Shown one piece after another: positions 37,569 through 51,170 of a stretch of DNA of 64,000 bases (position 1 is the stretch's first letter; the number at the start of each line of letters is the position of its first letter). A program made the position numbers and the translations under genes. The notes beneath the pieces were generated by a model, which saw nothing but the letters and a program-made list of their open reading frames with translations, searched no databases and was not told where the DNA came from. This DNA is from Octopus sinensis (Eukaryota), in assembly GCF_006345805.1 (NCBI RefSeq), contig NC_043026.1, positions 13,433,579 to 13,497,578 of the forward strand, written 5' to 3'.

Positions 37569-39031
37569 AGGGTGTCACTAGTGTACATTATGTATGTGGC
37601 CTGTTGATGTATACGTACACAGCATGTGTGTGTGAGTGTGTGAGTGCATGCTTGGTATGAAGTCTGTTTCTGTGTGTGCGTTTGTGTGAGTGGATGTGCA
37701 TACATGTATCATATAGTGTGCTTATGTATATGGATGCATGGCATGAAGTGCATGGTACATAGTGTTTTTGCGTGCATGCATGGAATGTAATGCTTGTATG
37801 TGTATGTATGTGCATATGCACGGAATGTAGTGTGTTGTGTGTCTGTTTGTGTGTATGAATATTGTGTGTGTATGCATGGTATGTAGTAAGCACGCAGTGC
37901 TTGTATGTATGTGAGGCATGTTTTTGTATACGTAGCCTAGTGGTTAAGGTGTTTCACTCAACTCTCGATTGCTAGACTCTAGGTTCGATTCCCCAGACCA
38001 TGTGGCACGTTGTGTTCTTGAGCAGAACACTTCATTTCACATTGCTCCACACCCACCTTTAGATCAGCACCCCCATACCCCCACCGGCAGGGAATGTTGG
38101 CCCGTCTGCCTAGCCAGTATGGTAGCATCTTTTGAGGGCTAAAACGATGCAAAGTGCATTGTGACCAGCGATGTGTAACAGCATTGTATGCTAAGTGTGA
38201 TAGGCTGGATAGGCAGGAAGCAGCGGACTGAGTCCCCTCGCGATCGTGGTGAGTGGTCCTACCCGTTTACCTCCTGGCGATTTCACGGTCTCCTGAACTC
38301 CTTAATGTAATTCTCAGGGAGATTCAGCATGACACAAGGGTACACGTGTCTTTGGAGCGCTCAGCCACTTGCACGTTTATTTCACAAGCAGGCTTGTTTG
38401 GTCGATCCTTTCAACTGGAACCCTTCTCGTTGTGACCGATGGAGAGCCAGGCCACCATGGAAAACGGGAAACAATCGACTTTGAAATGAATGTTTTGTTT
38501 ATAAAGATTGTGCAACATGTCAGGGTTACGTCAAGACCCCAGACATATTTTCAAGGTGGACTGCAAGCAAATGACACCATATAAATGTGCACATGCAGCA
38601 TGTTTCTGTATACTTTTACATGGTGTAGTATATTTTAATTTTCACATAACCCAGTGGTTAAGGTCTTACGCTCATGACCGCCAGATCATGGGTTCAATTT
38701 TCAGCCTGGCCATCATGGTGTGTTTTTGTTCAGAACACTTCCATTTCACATTGCTCCAGACCCCACTTTCAATCAGCTGTCTGTTTTTCAGTCCCCTGTC
38801 ACCCCCTCCACGGGACCCAACATCTGAAGATCTACAGCATTCAGACAACCCTGTCAAATGTAGTGTTTATTTATTCACATTGTTTTGAATTTATCAAGCA
38901 TTATCTCACAGCTTCATGATTTCAACGGTGTGATTGCTTACCATTAGAATCACATTGTAGGGTAAGTGTGAAAGGTCAGATCTGGTTGGATTGAATAAAA
39001 AATAAGTAGAATATTTGGGAAAGATATGGCC

Positions 39032-41010
39032 TCTTTTACTTGTTTCAGTCATTTGATTGCGGCCATGCTGGAGCACCGCCTTTAGTCGAGCAAATTGACC
39101 CCAGGACTTATTCTTTGTAAGCCCAGTACTTATTCTATCGGTCTCTTTTGCTGAACCGCTAAGTTACGGGGACGTAAACACACCAACATCGGTTGTCAAG
39201 CAATGCTAGGGGGACACACACAGACACAAACACATACACACACATATATATATATATATATACATATATACGACGGGCTTCTTTCAGTTTCCGTCTACCA
39301 AATCCACTCACAAGGCTTTGGTAGGCCCGAGGCTATAGTAGAAGACACTTGTCCAAGGTGCCACGCAGTGGGACTGAACCCGGAACCATGTGGTTGGTAA
39401 ACAAGCTACTTACCACACAGCCACTCCGGCGCTGTAAACTTTTATCAAAGTTTTATGTTAATTTATGTTTCAAACACCAAATTAATAATGAGAATCATGC
39501 AAAACCCCACCAAAAAAAAAAAAGGATAAAGACCCCCTTTGGTCATAAATGACCTAGGGATTGCACCTAGAAAGTTGCCCTCCAAGGCACAAGTCCAGGC
39601 AAGGTTGTTTATGGAAGATCAGCAGTGACCCATGTATACAAGTGTCCCCTCTCCATGCTATCGATGTTATCCAAGGGAAAGGCAAAGGGGCCGATACAGC
39701 TTGACCCTAGTGACGATTGCAACTCATTTTTACAGCTGAACGAACTGGAGTAACATGAAATAATAAAGTGTCTTGCTCAAGAACACAACACAGAGCTTGG
39801 TGCAGGATTTGAACTCACTACCTCATGATTGTGGGCCTGATACTCTAACCACTGAGCCACGCGCCTTCACACTTGGATATAGCAGTCTGTGTACTTGGAC
39901 ATATCAGTGTGTGCATGTGTACTTGTGTGTGCGCGTGTACGTACTTGGATATATGTCTGTGTATATATGTGCATCTTGGTGCAGGATTTGAACTCACTAC
40001 CTCATGATTGTGGGCCTGATACTCTGACCACTGAACCATGCGCCTTCACACTTGGATATATCAGTCTGTGTATATGCATGCGTGTGTACTTGGACATATC
40101 AGTGTGTGCATGTGTACGTACTTGGATATATGTCTGTGTATATATGTGCATGTGTGTGTGCTTGGATATATCTGTGGGTGTGCATGTGCTTGTGTGCATG
40201 TATACATGTGTTTAAGTCTATGCTTGTATATACCTTAAGGCGGCGAGCTGGCAGAAACGTTAGCACGCCGGGCGAAATGCTTAGCGGTATTTCGTCTGCG
40301 TTACGTTGTGAGTTCGAATTCCGCCGAGGTCGACTTTGCCTTTCATCCTTTCGGGGGTCGATAAATTAAGTACCAGTTACGCACTGGGGTCGGTGTAATC
40401 GACTTAATACCTTTGTCTGTCCTTGTTTGTCCCCTCTGTGTTTAGCCCCTTGTGGGTAATAAAGAAATATGTATATACCTTTACGTGTGCAAGCATTCAT
40501 GCAGCATTGTGCTTGCATGCATCTAACATGTGTTGCATACATCTTAGCTGCAGTTATACTTCTGCAAGTACTTTGCTGTGCACCAGTGACAGGGCACTAA
40601 ATTCCACGTGACCTTCAAGGCAGATTGAGAAGGGGTACCACGAGGGACCACCTAGACATCCAATTTCTTTATTAGCCACAAGGGCCCAAACACAGAGGGG
40701 GGACAATACAGCCTGATTGGGGTCAGACACACAATGATTATATAACTTTTAAAATTTTACAATGGCAAGTTAAAAGCACCAACCGATCGTGGCCGATGCC
40801 AGACTCCCTTGGCACCTGTGCTGGTGGCACGTAAAAAGCACCCACTACACTCGCAGAGTGGTTGGTGTTAGGAAGGGCATCCAGCTGTAGAAACACTGCC
40901 AGATCAGACTGGAGCCCTGGTGCAGCCCCTGGCTTCCCAGACCCCGGTCGAACCGTCCAACCCGTGCTAGCGCGGAAAACGGACGTTAAACGATGATGAT
41001 GATGATAATG
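39032..41010. mobile_element. SINE A (39032-39427, -), SINE C (39530-39870, -), SINE B with TSD (40238-40469, +) and RTE tail (40775-41010, +)
   Basis: SINE B is flanked by the 12-bp direct repeat tgtatatacctt (40225-40236, 40470-40481). Confidence 0.85.
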
Positions 41011-41749
41011 AAATCGAATGAGATACAACAAGGACGAAATACAAACATGAGATGAAGCAGAGAGATGGGTTACGCTCCGACCCCACGGGCCCCTTTCTCC
41101 TACGGAAACTTTTGTATGCAGACTTATGAAATGTTCACGAGGAATCTTTCATTCCCAGCACCCTCGCAACATGCAACCATCTTTCTTTGAACATTTTCTT
41201 TGACAGGCATCTTCTCTCCAGCCTCACCTTCCTTCTAAGGTGGAAGATAAAAAAATCTCACCAACCCGAGACCACCTAGACATCCAATTAACATAGATTA
41301 ACAGGAAATTTTGATGGAACAATGTTTTAATTAACCCTTTAGTGTTTAGATTAATCTGTTAAATGTAATACTTTTTTCACTCAAATTATTTTCAATTAAT
41401 CCTACATTATCTTACAGCTTTGAAGTTTCAATTGTGTGATAGTCTATTTTTAGAATGTCAATGTAGGTTAGGTGTAAGGGGTTAGATATGGCCAGTTTGA
41501 ATGTAAAACATGTAGGATATTTGGACCGGATATGGCCGGCTTAAACACCAAAGGGTTAAGGTCACTTTAACCTTTTAGCATTCAGATTATTCTGTCAAAT
41601 GCAAGGCTTATTTATTCCCATTTTCTAAAATTAATCCTATATTATCTTATAGCTTTGAGACTTAAATGATGTAATTGTTTATTTTCAGGGGAAATGCAAG
41701 AGGCCAGAACTGGCTAGTTTGAACCCAAAACAGGTCAGATATGACCTGT

Positions 41750-42482
41750 TTAACCCTTTCGTTACCAACCCGGCTGAAACCGGCTCTGGCTCTGTAGTAC
41801 AAGTGTCTTGTTTTCATAAGTTTTGAATTAAAATCTTCCACCAAACCTTAGTCACAATTTATGTTCCTAACACCAGCTTAATGATAACGATATTATTTTA
41901 CTAAATTCTTTGTTATATTTAAAGTAATAGAAAGAAGCACAGAGCATCTCAAAATAAATATGGTAACAAAAGGGTTGAAATATATAATAGAGAAACAATT
42001 CCTAACCCTTTTGATACCAACCCGGTTGAAACCACTTCTGTCTCTGTAGTACAAATGTCTTGTTTTCATAAGTTCTGAATTAAAATCTTCCACCAAAACT
42101 TAGTCACAATTTATGTTCCTAACACTAGCTTAATGATAATTAAGTTATTTTACTAAATTCTTTGTCATAATTAAAGTAATTGAAAGAGACACAGAGCATC
42201 TCAAAATAAATATGGTAACAAAAGGGTTGAAATATATAATAGAGAAACAATTCCTAACCCTTTTGATACCAACCCGGTTGAAACCACTTCTGTCTCTGTA
42301 GTACAAATGTCTTGTTTTCATAAGTTCTGAATTAAAATCTTCCACCAAAACTTAGTCACAATTTATGTTCCTAACACTAGCTTAATGATAATTAAGTTAT
42401 TTTACTAAATTCTTTGTCATAATTAAAGTAATTGAAAGAGACACAGAGCATCTCAAAATAAATATAGTAACGAAAGGGTTAA
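41750..42482. mobile_element. Tandem trimer of a piggyBac-like MITE (252-bp period)
   Basis: TIRs ttaaccctttcgttacc / gtaacgaaagggttaa at the outer ends. The track ORFs at 41893, 42145 and 42397 are exactly 252 bp apart. Confidence 0.8.
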
Positions 42483-42883
42483 AGAAAGGAAATATGTCCG
42501 AAAAGAGGAGGTGGTGGCAGCTGGAATGCCTTTGGCCAGATGTCAGCCTTGTTAGAGCTGACTTGGGGTTAAACAACACAACATTGCTATGGCAAGACTA
42601 TGTTCGCTTTTGTAGACTTCAGTCAGCTGTAATCCAGAAGGCAGAAATTCTGAAGACATTCCAGATATGACCATGCCATTTCTTTTATAGAAATAGTGTA
42701 TCTAGGATAACATTATTCAATGACTTAAATCTGTTTTTTTTTTTGAAAGATGGTAAGGTGAGATCCTGGGGGTGATTCAATTGGTGTTTCTTTCTAGAAG
42801 ACCGAGGAGTGAAGTATGAACCAGGCATGGTCAAAGACAGGCGCGGCTGAGGAAGGACATGACCAAAAATGGACACAACTCTC

Positions 42884-43835
42884 TTTACTCTTTTACTTGT
42901 TTCAGTCATCTTGACTGCGGCCATGCTGGAGCACCGCCTTTAGTCGAGCAAACCGACCCCGGGACTTATTCTTTGTAAGCCCAGTACTTATTCTATCGGT
43001 CTCTTTTGCTGAACCGCTAAGTGACGGGGACGTAAACACACCAGCATCGGTTGCCAAGCAATGCTAGAGGGACAAACACAGACACACAAACACACACACA
43101 TATATACGACGGGCTTCTTTCAGTTTCCGTCTACCAAATCCACTCACAAGGCTCTGGTCAGCCTGAAGCTATAGCAGAAGACACTTACCCAAGGTGCCAC
43201 GCAGTGGGACTGAACCCGGAACCATGTGGTTGGTAAACAAGCTACTTACCACACAGCCACTCCTGCGCCTATATATATATAATACGATGGGCTTCTTTCA
43301 GTTTCCGTCTACCAAATCCACTCACAAGGCTCTGGTCGGCCTGAGGCTATAGCAGAAGACAACTTGCCGAAGATGCCACGCAGTGGGACTGAACCCGGAA
43401 CCACGTGGTTGGTGAGCAAGCTACTTACCACACAGCCACACCTGAGGACAGATCTGACTAAACAGGGGGCACGCATGACTTAGGACGAGTATGGGTGCAA
43501 CTGGGGACAAAAGAACTGGGGACTAAAGAATGAAGACTAAAGACTAATGAATGATACGAGATGGAGGAACATGGCAGACTGAAGGAAATAAAAGATAGAT
43601 AAAGAGGATGGATGAAGAGGCGAAGAAAACAAGCAGAAGATGCAACAGATCAAGTATTGTGTGTGTTTTTGTGGAATGGTAATGAAATAGGAACAGGTCT
43701 GGTACTTTAGGGGGTGTATGTGTGAGGGTGTGTATATGTTAGGCAAATTCCTATTGCCCTTTTATGAAATGTTTTGTGTGAGTATGCGTATGAGTATATG
43801 TATAACATGTATATATATATATGTATGTATGTATG

Positions 43836-43866
<31 letters not shown>

Positions 43867-44706
43867 ATATATATATATATTTGTTGTATATATATATATA
43901 TAGTATATGTATATATATTATATATGATATGTATATATATATATATATGTATATGTATTATATATGATATATATATATATATGTACGTATGTATATATAT
44001 ATATGTGTGTGTGTGTGTGTTTATTATTACATCACTATTTCAACAGTGACTTCCAGGAGATACAAGCCTGAATACACATAAACAGCATGTAGAAAAATAG
44101 AGCAAAGTGGGTGTTGAAAGCGCTTATATGTATATATATATATATATATATCTATATATATATATATATATATATATACATACACACACACCCACAATAA
44201 ATAGCACAAAAATACTTATATGTATATACATACAGATACACAAACATTACAAATTTATACATGCATCACACAAACATACACAAATATGTATATACAAATG
44301 CATACACACATACATACATATATATTATATATGTGTGTGTATATATGTATATATATATAAACTAAATACAACTTTGCTGATGTAATAAGAACAGATATGT
44401 TTGTGGTATTTTGGTTAATTCTAGCCCGCCACTCTACTTCCCCACACACGCACCCCACCTACCCATCAACCATCTATGCTCCCTGCACTGCAGTGGTATC
44501 AGGTATACTCGCAAACATACACACACTGTAAGAAATAGACCAACATGTAGGAGAAAGAGAGAGAGAGAGAGAGAAAAAACCAGGGTGTATAAAAATAAAC
44601 TTGGGTGTAGATGAAAAAAAAAAAAGGAAAATAATTTAAAGAAAATGTCTGTTATAGTATTTTTTGGTAAATTCTTACCACCTTGCTAAAGTATCAGGTG
44701 TGTTAG

Positions 44707-44751
<45 letters not shown>

Positions 44752-46503
44752 AGGCTATACAATTAGAATATAAATCCCTAGGAGAGTATATGTATAACAA
44801 CTAATATTTACGGAACATTTTTTCTCTCTCTATACATATATACACACACATGAAAATCCTAACTTTTGCCTTTTGTTGTGGAAATATCAGGTGTGTATAT
44901 GATATGTCCACACGCATAGATATAGGTTATATTTACCCAGAGGTTATACATGCAATTCAGACTATGTAGGCATAACAGAGGTGATGATAATTAGAACAGT
45001 AATAAAGACCGAACAAACAGGGTGTATAAGTCAGGGTGTAGATGAAGGCATGTAAAATTTCATCACTACCTCGCTGTAGCATCAGGTGTGTAGATACTAC
45101 TCTGCTACACATACTACCAGCCTAAACATATGATATAGACCAAGCAAACAAACAAGTGTGTATAATATAACCAGAGTGTTTTTAATCTGTATAATATGCA
45201 TATGCTATATATATATATATACTCTCTCTTTTACTCTTTTACTTGTTTCAGTCATTTGACTGCAGCCATGCTGGAGCACCGCCTTTAATCGAGCAACTCG
45301 ACCCCGGGGCTTATTCTTTTGTAAGCCCAGTACTTATTCTATCGGTCTCTTTTGCCGAACCGCTAAGTGACGGGGACATAAACACACCAGCATTGGTTGT
45401 CAAGCAATGCTAGGGGGACAAACACAGACACACACACGCATATATATATATACATATGTACTACGGGCTTCTTTTAGTTTTCCGTCTACCAAATCCACTC
45501 ACAAGGCTTTGGTCGGCCTGAGGCTATAGTAGAAGACACTTGCCCAAGGTGCCACACAGTGGGACTGAACCCGGAACCATGTGGTTGCTAAACAAGCTAC
45601 TTACCACACAGCCACTCTATTATAAATAAATGCACCCTTTTAAAGCCTAGCCAAGCTCATGGGTCTGGTTTCCCGGTTCCAATGGCGTATGTGTTCCCCT
45701 CAGCTGGACGGGACGCCGGTCCATTGCAGCGTTACTCATTTTTGCCAGCTGAGTGGACTGGAGCAACGTGAAATGAAGTGTTTTGCTCCAAGAACACAAC
45801 GCGTCGCCCGGTCCAGGAATCAAAACCACAATCTTACGATCATGATGCTGACACCCTAACCACTAAGCCATGCGCCTCCACACACACACACACATATATA
45901 TATAGTAAATAAACAAACGACATAGTGTTTACTGAGTGTACAATCGGACGGGAGACAAACACAGAAGGTCCCTAATTTTTTATAAGTTACCAACCAATTG
46001 GTAATACTCAGTTTTGCGCCTACCAATTGGTTGATAACTAACGAAGAATTAGGGGCCACCTGTGTTTGCCTCCTGTCTGGTTGTACACTCATTATACTCT
46101 CTCTTACTCTTCACTCGTTTCAGTCATTTGACTGCGGCCATGCTGGAGCACCGCCTTTAGTCGAGCAAATCGGCCCCGGGATTTATTCTTTGTAAGCCCA
46201 GTACTTATTCTATTGGTCTCTTTTGCCGAACCGCTATGTGACGGGGACATAAACACACCAGCATCGGTTGTCAAGCAACGCTAGGGAGACAAACACAGAC
46301 ACACAAACTCACACACACACATACACATATATATATATACGACAGGCTTCTCTCAGTTTCCGTCTACCAAATCCACTCACAAGGCATTGGTCGGCCCGGG
46401 GCTATAGTAGAAGACACTTGCCCAAGATGCCACGCAGTGGGACTGAACCCGGAACCATGTGGTTGGTAAACAAGCTACTTACCACACAGCCACTCCTGCG
46501 CCT
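42884..46503 (-). mobile_element. SINE A copies at 42884-43270 (plus extra head 43283-43445), 45224-45617 and 46102-46503
   Basis: Sequence match to the family. Confidence 0.9.
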
Positions 46504-46597
46504 ATACATTATATCATTTGTTTATTTACCATACATTTTTTCATTTATAAAGTAATGAAACGCAACACACACCAAATTTGTATTAACGAGTACGTTT

Positions 46598-46633
<36 letters not shown>

Positions 46634-46638
<5 letters not shown>

Positions 46639-46678
46639 GCTGATGACGGGTCAATACCCAGAAACTCTAATCCGTGTA
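46634..46678 (+). ncRNA. Minimal type I hammerhead-like motif, partly decayed
   Basis: UACACG-CUGAUGA-CGGGU caau ACCCA-GAAA-CUCUA-AUC-CGUGUA. Stem I has 6 perfect bp and the core is intact. The stem II closing pair (C-A) and stem III pair (C-A) are mismatched. Confidence 0.55.
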
Positions 46679-46842
46679 CATCATAAGTTGAAGACGGGAA
46701 GGATGGCTTCCCTTTGCAAATACTGATAGGGCACAGAAAGTGTGTCTATGGCCAGCTGGAGGAGGTGTCCTCCTGGGGCTACAAACTACCGTAGCATCCA
46801 CCCTTAGGGGTTAGCCATATTTAAATGGCAAATATACATCAC

Positions 46843-46876
<34 letters not shown>

Positions 46877-47214
46877 AACACACTGTACAAGCTACACATA
46901 AATTTACAGACTAAACCAGCACCATCAGTTGTGTATAGGACAGGACAAAACTCATAGGGCTGGTCTCCCGGTTTATGTGGCGTATATATCCCCCACCCGG
47001 ATGGGAAGCTCGTCCATCACGGGATTAACTCACTTTTGCCAGCTGAGTGGACTGGAGCAACATGAAATGAAGTATTTTGCTCAAGAACACAAAGTGTTGT
47101 CGCCTGGTCCAGGAATTGAAACCGCACTCTTGTGATCAAGAGTCCAACACCCTAACCACTAAGCTATGCACCTCCACTCGAGTGTATGTGGTGTATATAT
47201 ATACATATATATAT

Positions 47215-47360
47215 ATCATCCTCATCATCATCGTTTAGCGTCCGCTTTCCATACTAGCATGGGTTGGACGGTTCAACTGGGGTCTGGGAAGCCAGAAGGC
47301 TGCACCAGGCCCAGTCTGATCTGGCAGTGTTTCTACGGCTGGATGCCCCTTCCTAACGCC
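47215..47360 (-). mobile_element. RTE 3'-tail fragment
   Basis: Reverse complement of the RTE terminus, with (CAT)n. Confidence 0.85.
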
Positions 47361-47402
47361 AATATATATATATATATATACATATATATATGTATGTATA
47401 TG

Positions 47403-47600
47403 GTTGGCAATTTTTTTCCCCTTTGTTTTCCTTTTCTTTTGGACTTTCCTCTGTCTCCTGTTTCTGAAGAAGAGCGTTTGCTCGAAACATAAAAACTACC
47501 TTTCTTTCCTTCCATGAGCGTCTGCTAATACTTTGCATGTACCACGTCCTTATGTCATTGTCTTTTTTCTTGTTGTGTTTGTTCTTAGCTTTTTTGGGGA
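47403..47600 (+). mobile_element. Second copy of the TA-associated repeat with a hammerhead relic
   Basis: gttt-CTGAAGA-a-gagc gttt gctc-GAA-acat-a-aaaac at 47460-47498. Confidence 0.55.
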
Positions 47601-47884
47601 TTTACTACACACACACACACATTTGTGTTTTGTAGGACACAGGATAAACAGAACTCAAAACCTGAGTATATATTATTATTATTATTACTGAGGTGGGTGA
47701 GCTGGCAGAATTGTGAGCATGTGGCGCAAAATGCTCTGTAGCATGTCATCTGTCTTTACATTCTGAGTTCAAATCCCGCTGAGGTTGACTTTGCTTTTCA
47801 TCCTCATGGGGTTAATGTAATCAACTATCCCCTTCCACAAATTTCAGGGCCTTAGTGCCTTTAATAAAAAGGATTATTATTATT

Positions 47885-48020
47885 GTTGGACGGTTCAACT
47901 GGGGTCTGGGAAGCCTGAAGGCTGCACAGGTCCAGCCTTCTGGCTTCCCAGACCCCAGTTGAACCGTCCAACCCATGCTAGCATGGAAAGCGGGCACTAA
48001 ACGATGATGATGATGATGTT
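47885..48020 (+). mobile_element. RTE 3' tail whose 5' end is a 40-bp fold-back of itself
   Basis: 47885-47924 pairs with 47933-47972 (one T-T mismatch) around an 8-nt loop. The normal tail and (GAT)n follow. Confidence 0.9.
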
Positions 48021-48514
48021 ATTTTTTTTTAATTGACAAAAGTTACCGAAGTGCCCCAAGGGCCAAGAGTTTGGTGCATGGACCTTATAAAACTTGATAA
48101 GTGCCATAGGAGACGAAACTTTTGACCCTTAGGTTCTTTTCTAACATTTGCTGATTAATCATAACAACGACTTCAAATTTTGACACAAAGCCAGCAACTT
48201 TAGTGGGGGGGGGAACAGTTGGTTACACGGACCCCAGTATATGATTGGTATTTTATTTTACGGAACCTTGAAAGCACAAAAGACAAAGCTGACCTTGACA
48301 GGATTTGAACTCAGAATGCAAAACAGCTGGGAGAAATGCTACAAAATATTCTGTCCTCTGACATGTTAACAATTCTGCCAGCTTGCAGCCTAAACAAGTG
48401 CAATAATGCATATGTGTATGTACATACATACATATATACATACGCACACACACACACATATACATGCACTAATGCACACAATACCTTAAACACATTACAG
48501 AATCTATATACAAG

Positions 48515-48746
48515 GTGGCGAGCTGGCAGAAATGTTAGCACGCCGGGCGAAATGCTTAGCAGTATTTCCTCTGCCGCTACGTTCTGAGTTCAAATTCCAC
48601 CGAGGTCGACTTTGCCTTTCATCCTTTCGGGGGTCGATTAAATAAGTACCAGTTATGCACTAGGGTCGATATAATCGACTTAATACCTATGTCTGTCCTT
48701 CTTTGTCCCCCTCTATATTTAGCCCCTTGTGGGCAATAAACAAATA
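48515..48746 (+). mobile_element. SINE B with a 16-bp TSD
   Basis: agaatctatatacaag at 48499-48514 and 48747-48762. Confidence 0.9.
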
Positions 48747-49535
48747 AGAATCTATATACAAGTTCTACATACACACCCTTCACAAACCCATACCACAGAC
48801 TAACACACCCACGATGGAGCCTCTTCATGGTTGCTTGACCTACCAAAAACTGGAAATAGCGGCTAAATCTCCTCTGTGTCACCCCTCCCACTGTTTCTTT
48901 TCAAATGGAAGGACACATTGGATAATGTAGTCCTAGATACAGGATGTCTAGGGAAAGATACCAGATGAAAAGGACACACCTGGAATGCCTTTGGAATATC
49001 TAGCTATACAATATTATACAATATCATAGAAGAAACTATACAGGATCTATACATATGCACACACACCAGATTATATACTCTTTATATACACACCAGATTA
49101 CATATTCCATATATAAACACACCAGCAACAATTATCAAAAGAATAATTGTAGATCAATCAAACAGGGTGTATATAGGTGAAAATCCAAGGTTGAGGAGAG
49201 AAAAATCTAAGCACCATTTGACTAAATGAAGAACAAGTCTGTTGTGATATTTCTTCAAATTCTCATCACCTTGCTGTGATATCAGGTGTGTATACTACAA
49301 ATATATACAGAGAGAGACTGTAATATGCATATTGCACAATGTAGACATAGGTCATTACATTCACAAATTATACACCCAAACGCTGTATATACTCAGTTTG
49401 CACAAGCAGAACAACAATAAAGAACAGGGTATATAATATCAAGTTGAATCAAAAGTTTTTTCAGATTTTCACTGATGGTTTTTGGCATCTTGCATCTTGA
49501 CTCAACCTGATGTTATAAAATGCTATTAAAAACAG

Positions 49536-49584
<49 letters not shown>

Positions 49585-50299
49585 TAGTATATACCACATG
49601 CACAGCAGCCTATGCTTTAGATAAATGATATACATCGATGAATCAGGGTATGTGTGTGTATATATATATATATATACACACACAAAGACACACATATAGA
49701 GACACATGCGCACACACACACAACAACGATACATTGTCTATATATAAATATATATATATATATATTACAGAACAACAAAAATAGGCTTATAAACCATGTT
49801 GACCCCACCAACCTTGCTATGAATAGCATCAAGTGTCTATAATACACACAGCCTAAAGCACCTATGTGGTTGTCTGACTTGTAAGAGTTAGCAGTCAAAT
49901 TTCCCTCAAATCACAAACCCTAGTCTTATGTATGTATGAGCCAACAAGGACGAACCCCTGTATGGTAGCTAGACCTGCAAGAAATAGCAGCAGAATTCTT
50001 TGTGAGTGTTACAACACACGGACTTAAAGAGATAAAAGGAGAGCTTACATAATGTAAACCTAGATACTCCACTGTCCCACTAAAAGATAGATGGTGGTTG
50101 CCATGGTTGGAATCCTTTTGAGAATAGGCTCTACTTAAATCAGGGCTGAGAAGAAGCTAAATGAGAACAATAAACAAGTTGTGTATGTGTATATTATGTG
50201 TGTGTGTTGTGTGCACACACATGCAAATATACATACATGTATAGAACATACACACATCTCTTTATCTTTCGAACTATACACACATGCACAATTATTTCA

Positions 50300-51170
50300 T
50301 GTATGTGTGTACATTTTTATATATTTATATATACACACAAATCCATATATACATATATATATACCTCTACACTTATATAAGGACACATACACATGCATAC
50401 ATACATATCCATATATATATACATGTATCTGCACATGGATACATACACAAACTCATGCATATACAAACATACATACATATGCACAGGTGTGTGCATATAT
50501 GTATGCATGTAAGCATGTGTGTATACCTGTATACACACATAAATCTATATATACATACATACATATCACAATACCTCTATACTTGTATACACATGCATAT
50601 ACTGACATACATGTGTGTGTGTGCATGTATCTATGTAAGCATGTGTGTGTGCATACATTTGTGTATACCTGTATACACACATAAACCCATATATACATAC
50701 ATATCACAATACCTCTATTACTTGTATACACATGCATATACTGACATACATGTGTGTGTATAAGTATATGTGTGTATGTGTGTGTGTGTGTGTGTCTGTG
50801 AGTGTGTGTGTGTGTGTGCATGTATCTCTGTAAGCATGTGTGTGTGCACACGTGTGTATACCTGTATACACACATAAATCCATATATACATACATATCAC
50901 AATACCTCTATACTTGTATATACATGCATATACTGACATATATATGTGTGTGAGCATGTGTGTGAGCATGTGTGTGTGTGTGTGTATGTATCTATGTAAG
51001 CATGTGTGCACACATCTGTGCATACCTGTATACACACAAATCCATATATAACATACATACATATCACAATATCTCTATACCTGTATACACACAAATCCAT
51101 ATTTACATACATATCACAATAGCTCTATTACTTGTATACACATGCATATACTGACATATATGTGTGTGTG
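50300..51170. repeat. ~120-180 bp tandem repeat built on (CA)/(TG) microsatellites
   Basis: catacatatcacaatacctcta.tacttgtatacacatgcatatactgacata repeated about 5 times. Confidence 0.85.

Noticed and set aside
38271-38330. Minus-strand ATG with the donor-like AG|GTAAAC inside the intron
   Set aside because: There is an in-frame TGA before the donor, and the sequence looks repeat-derived.
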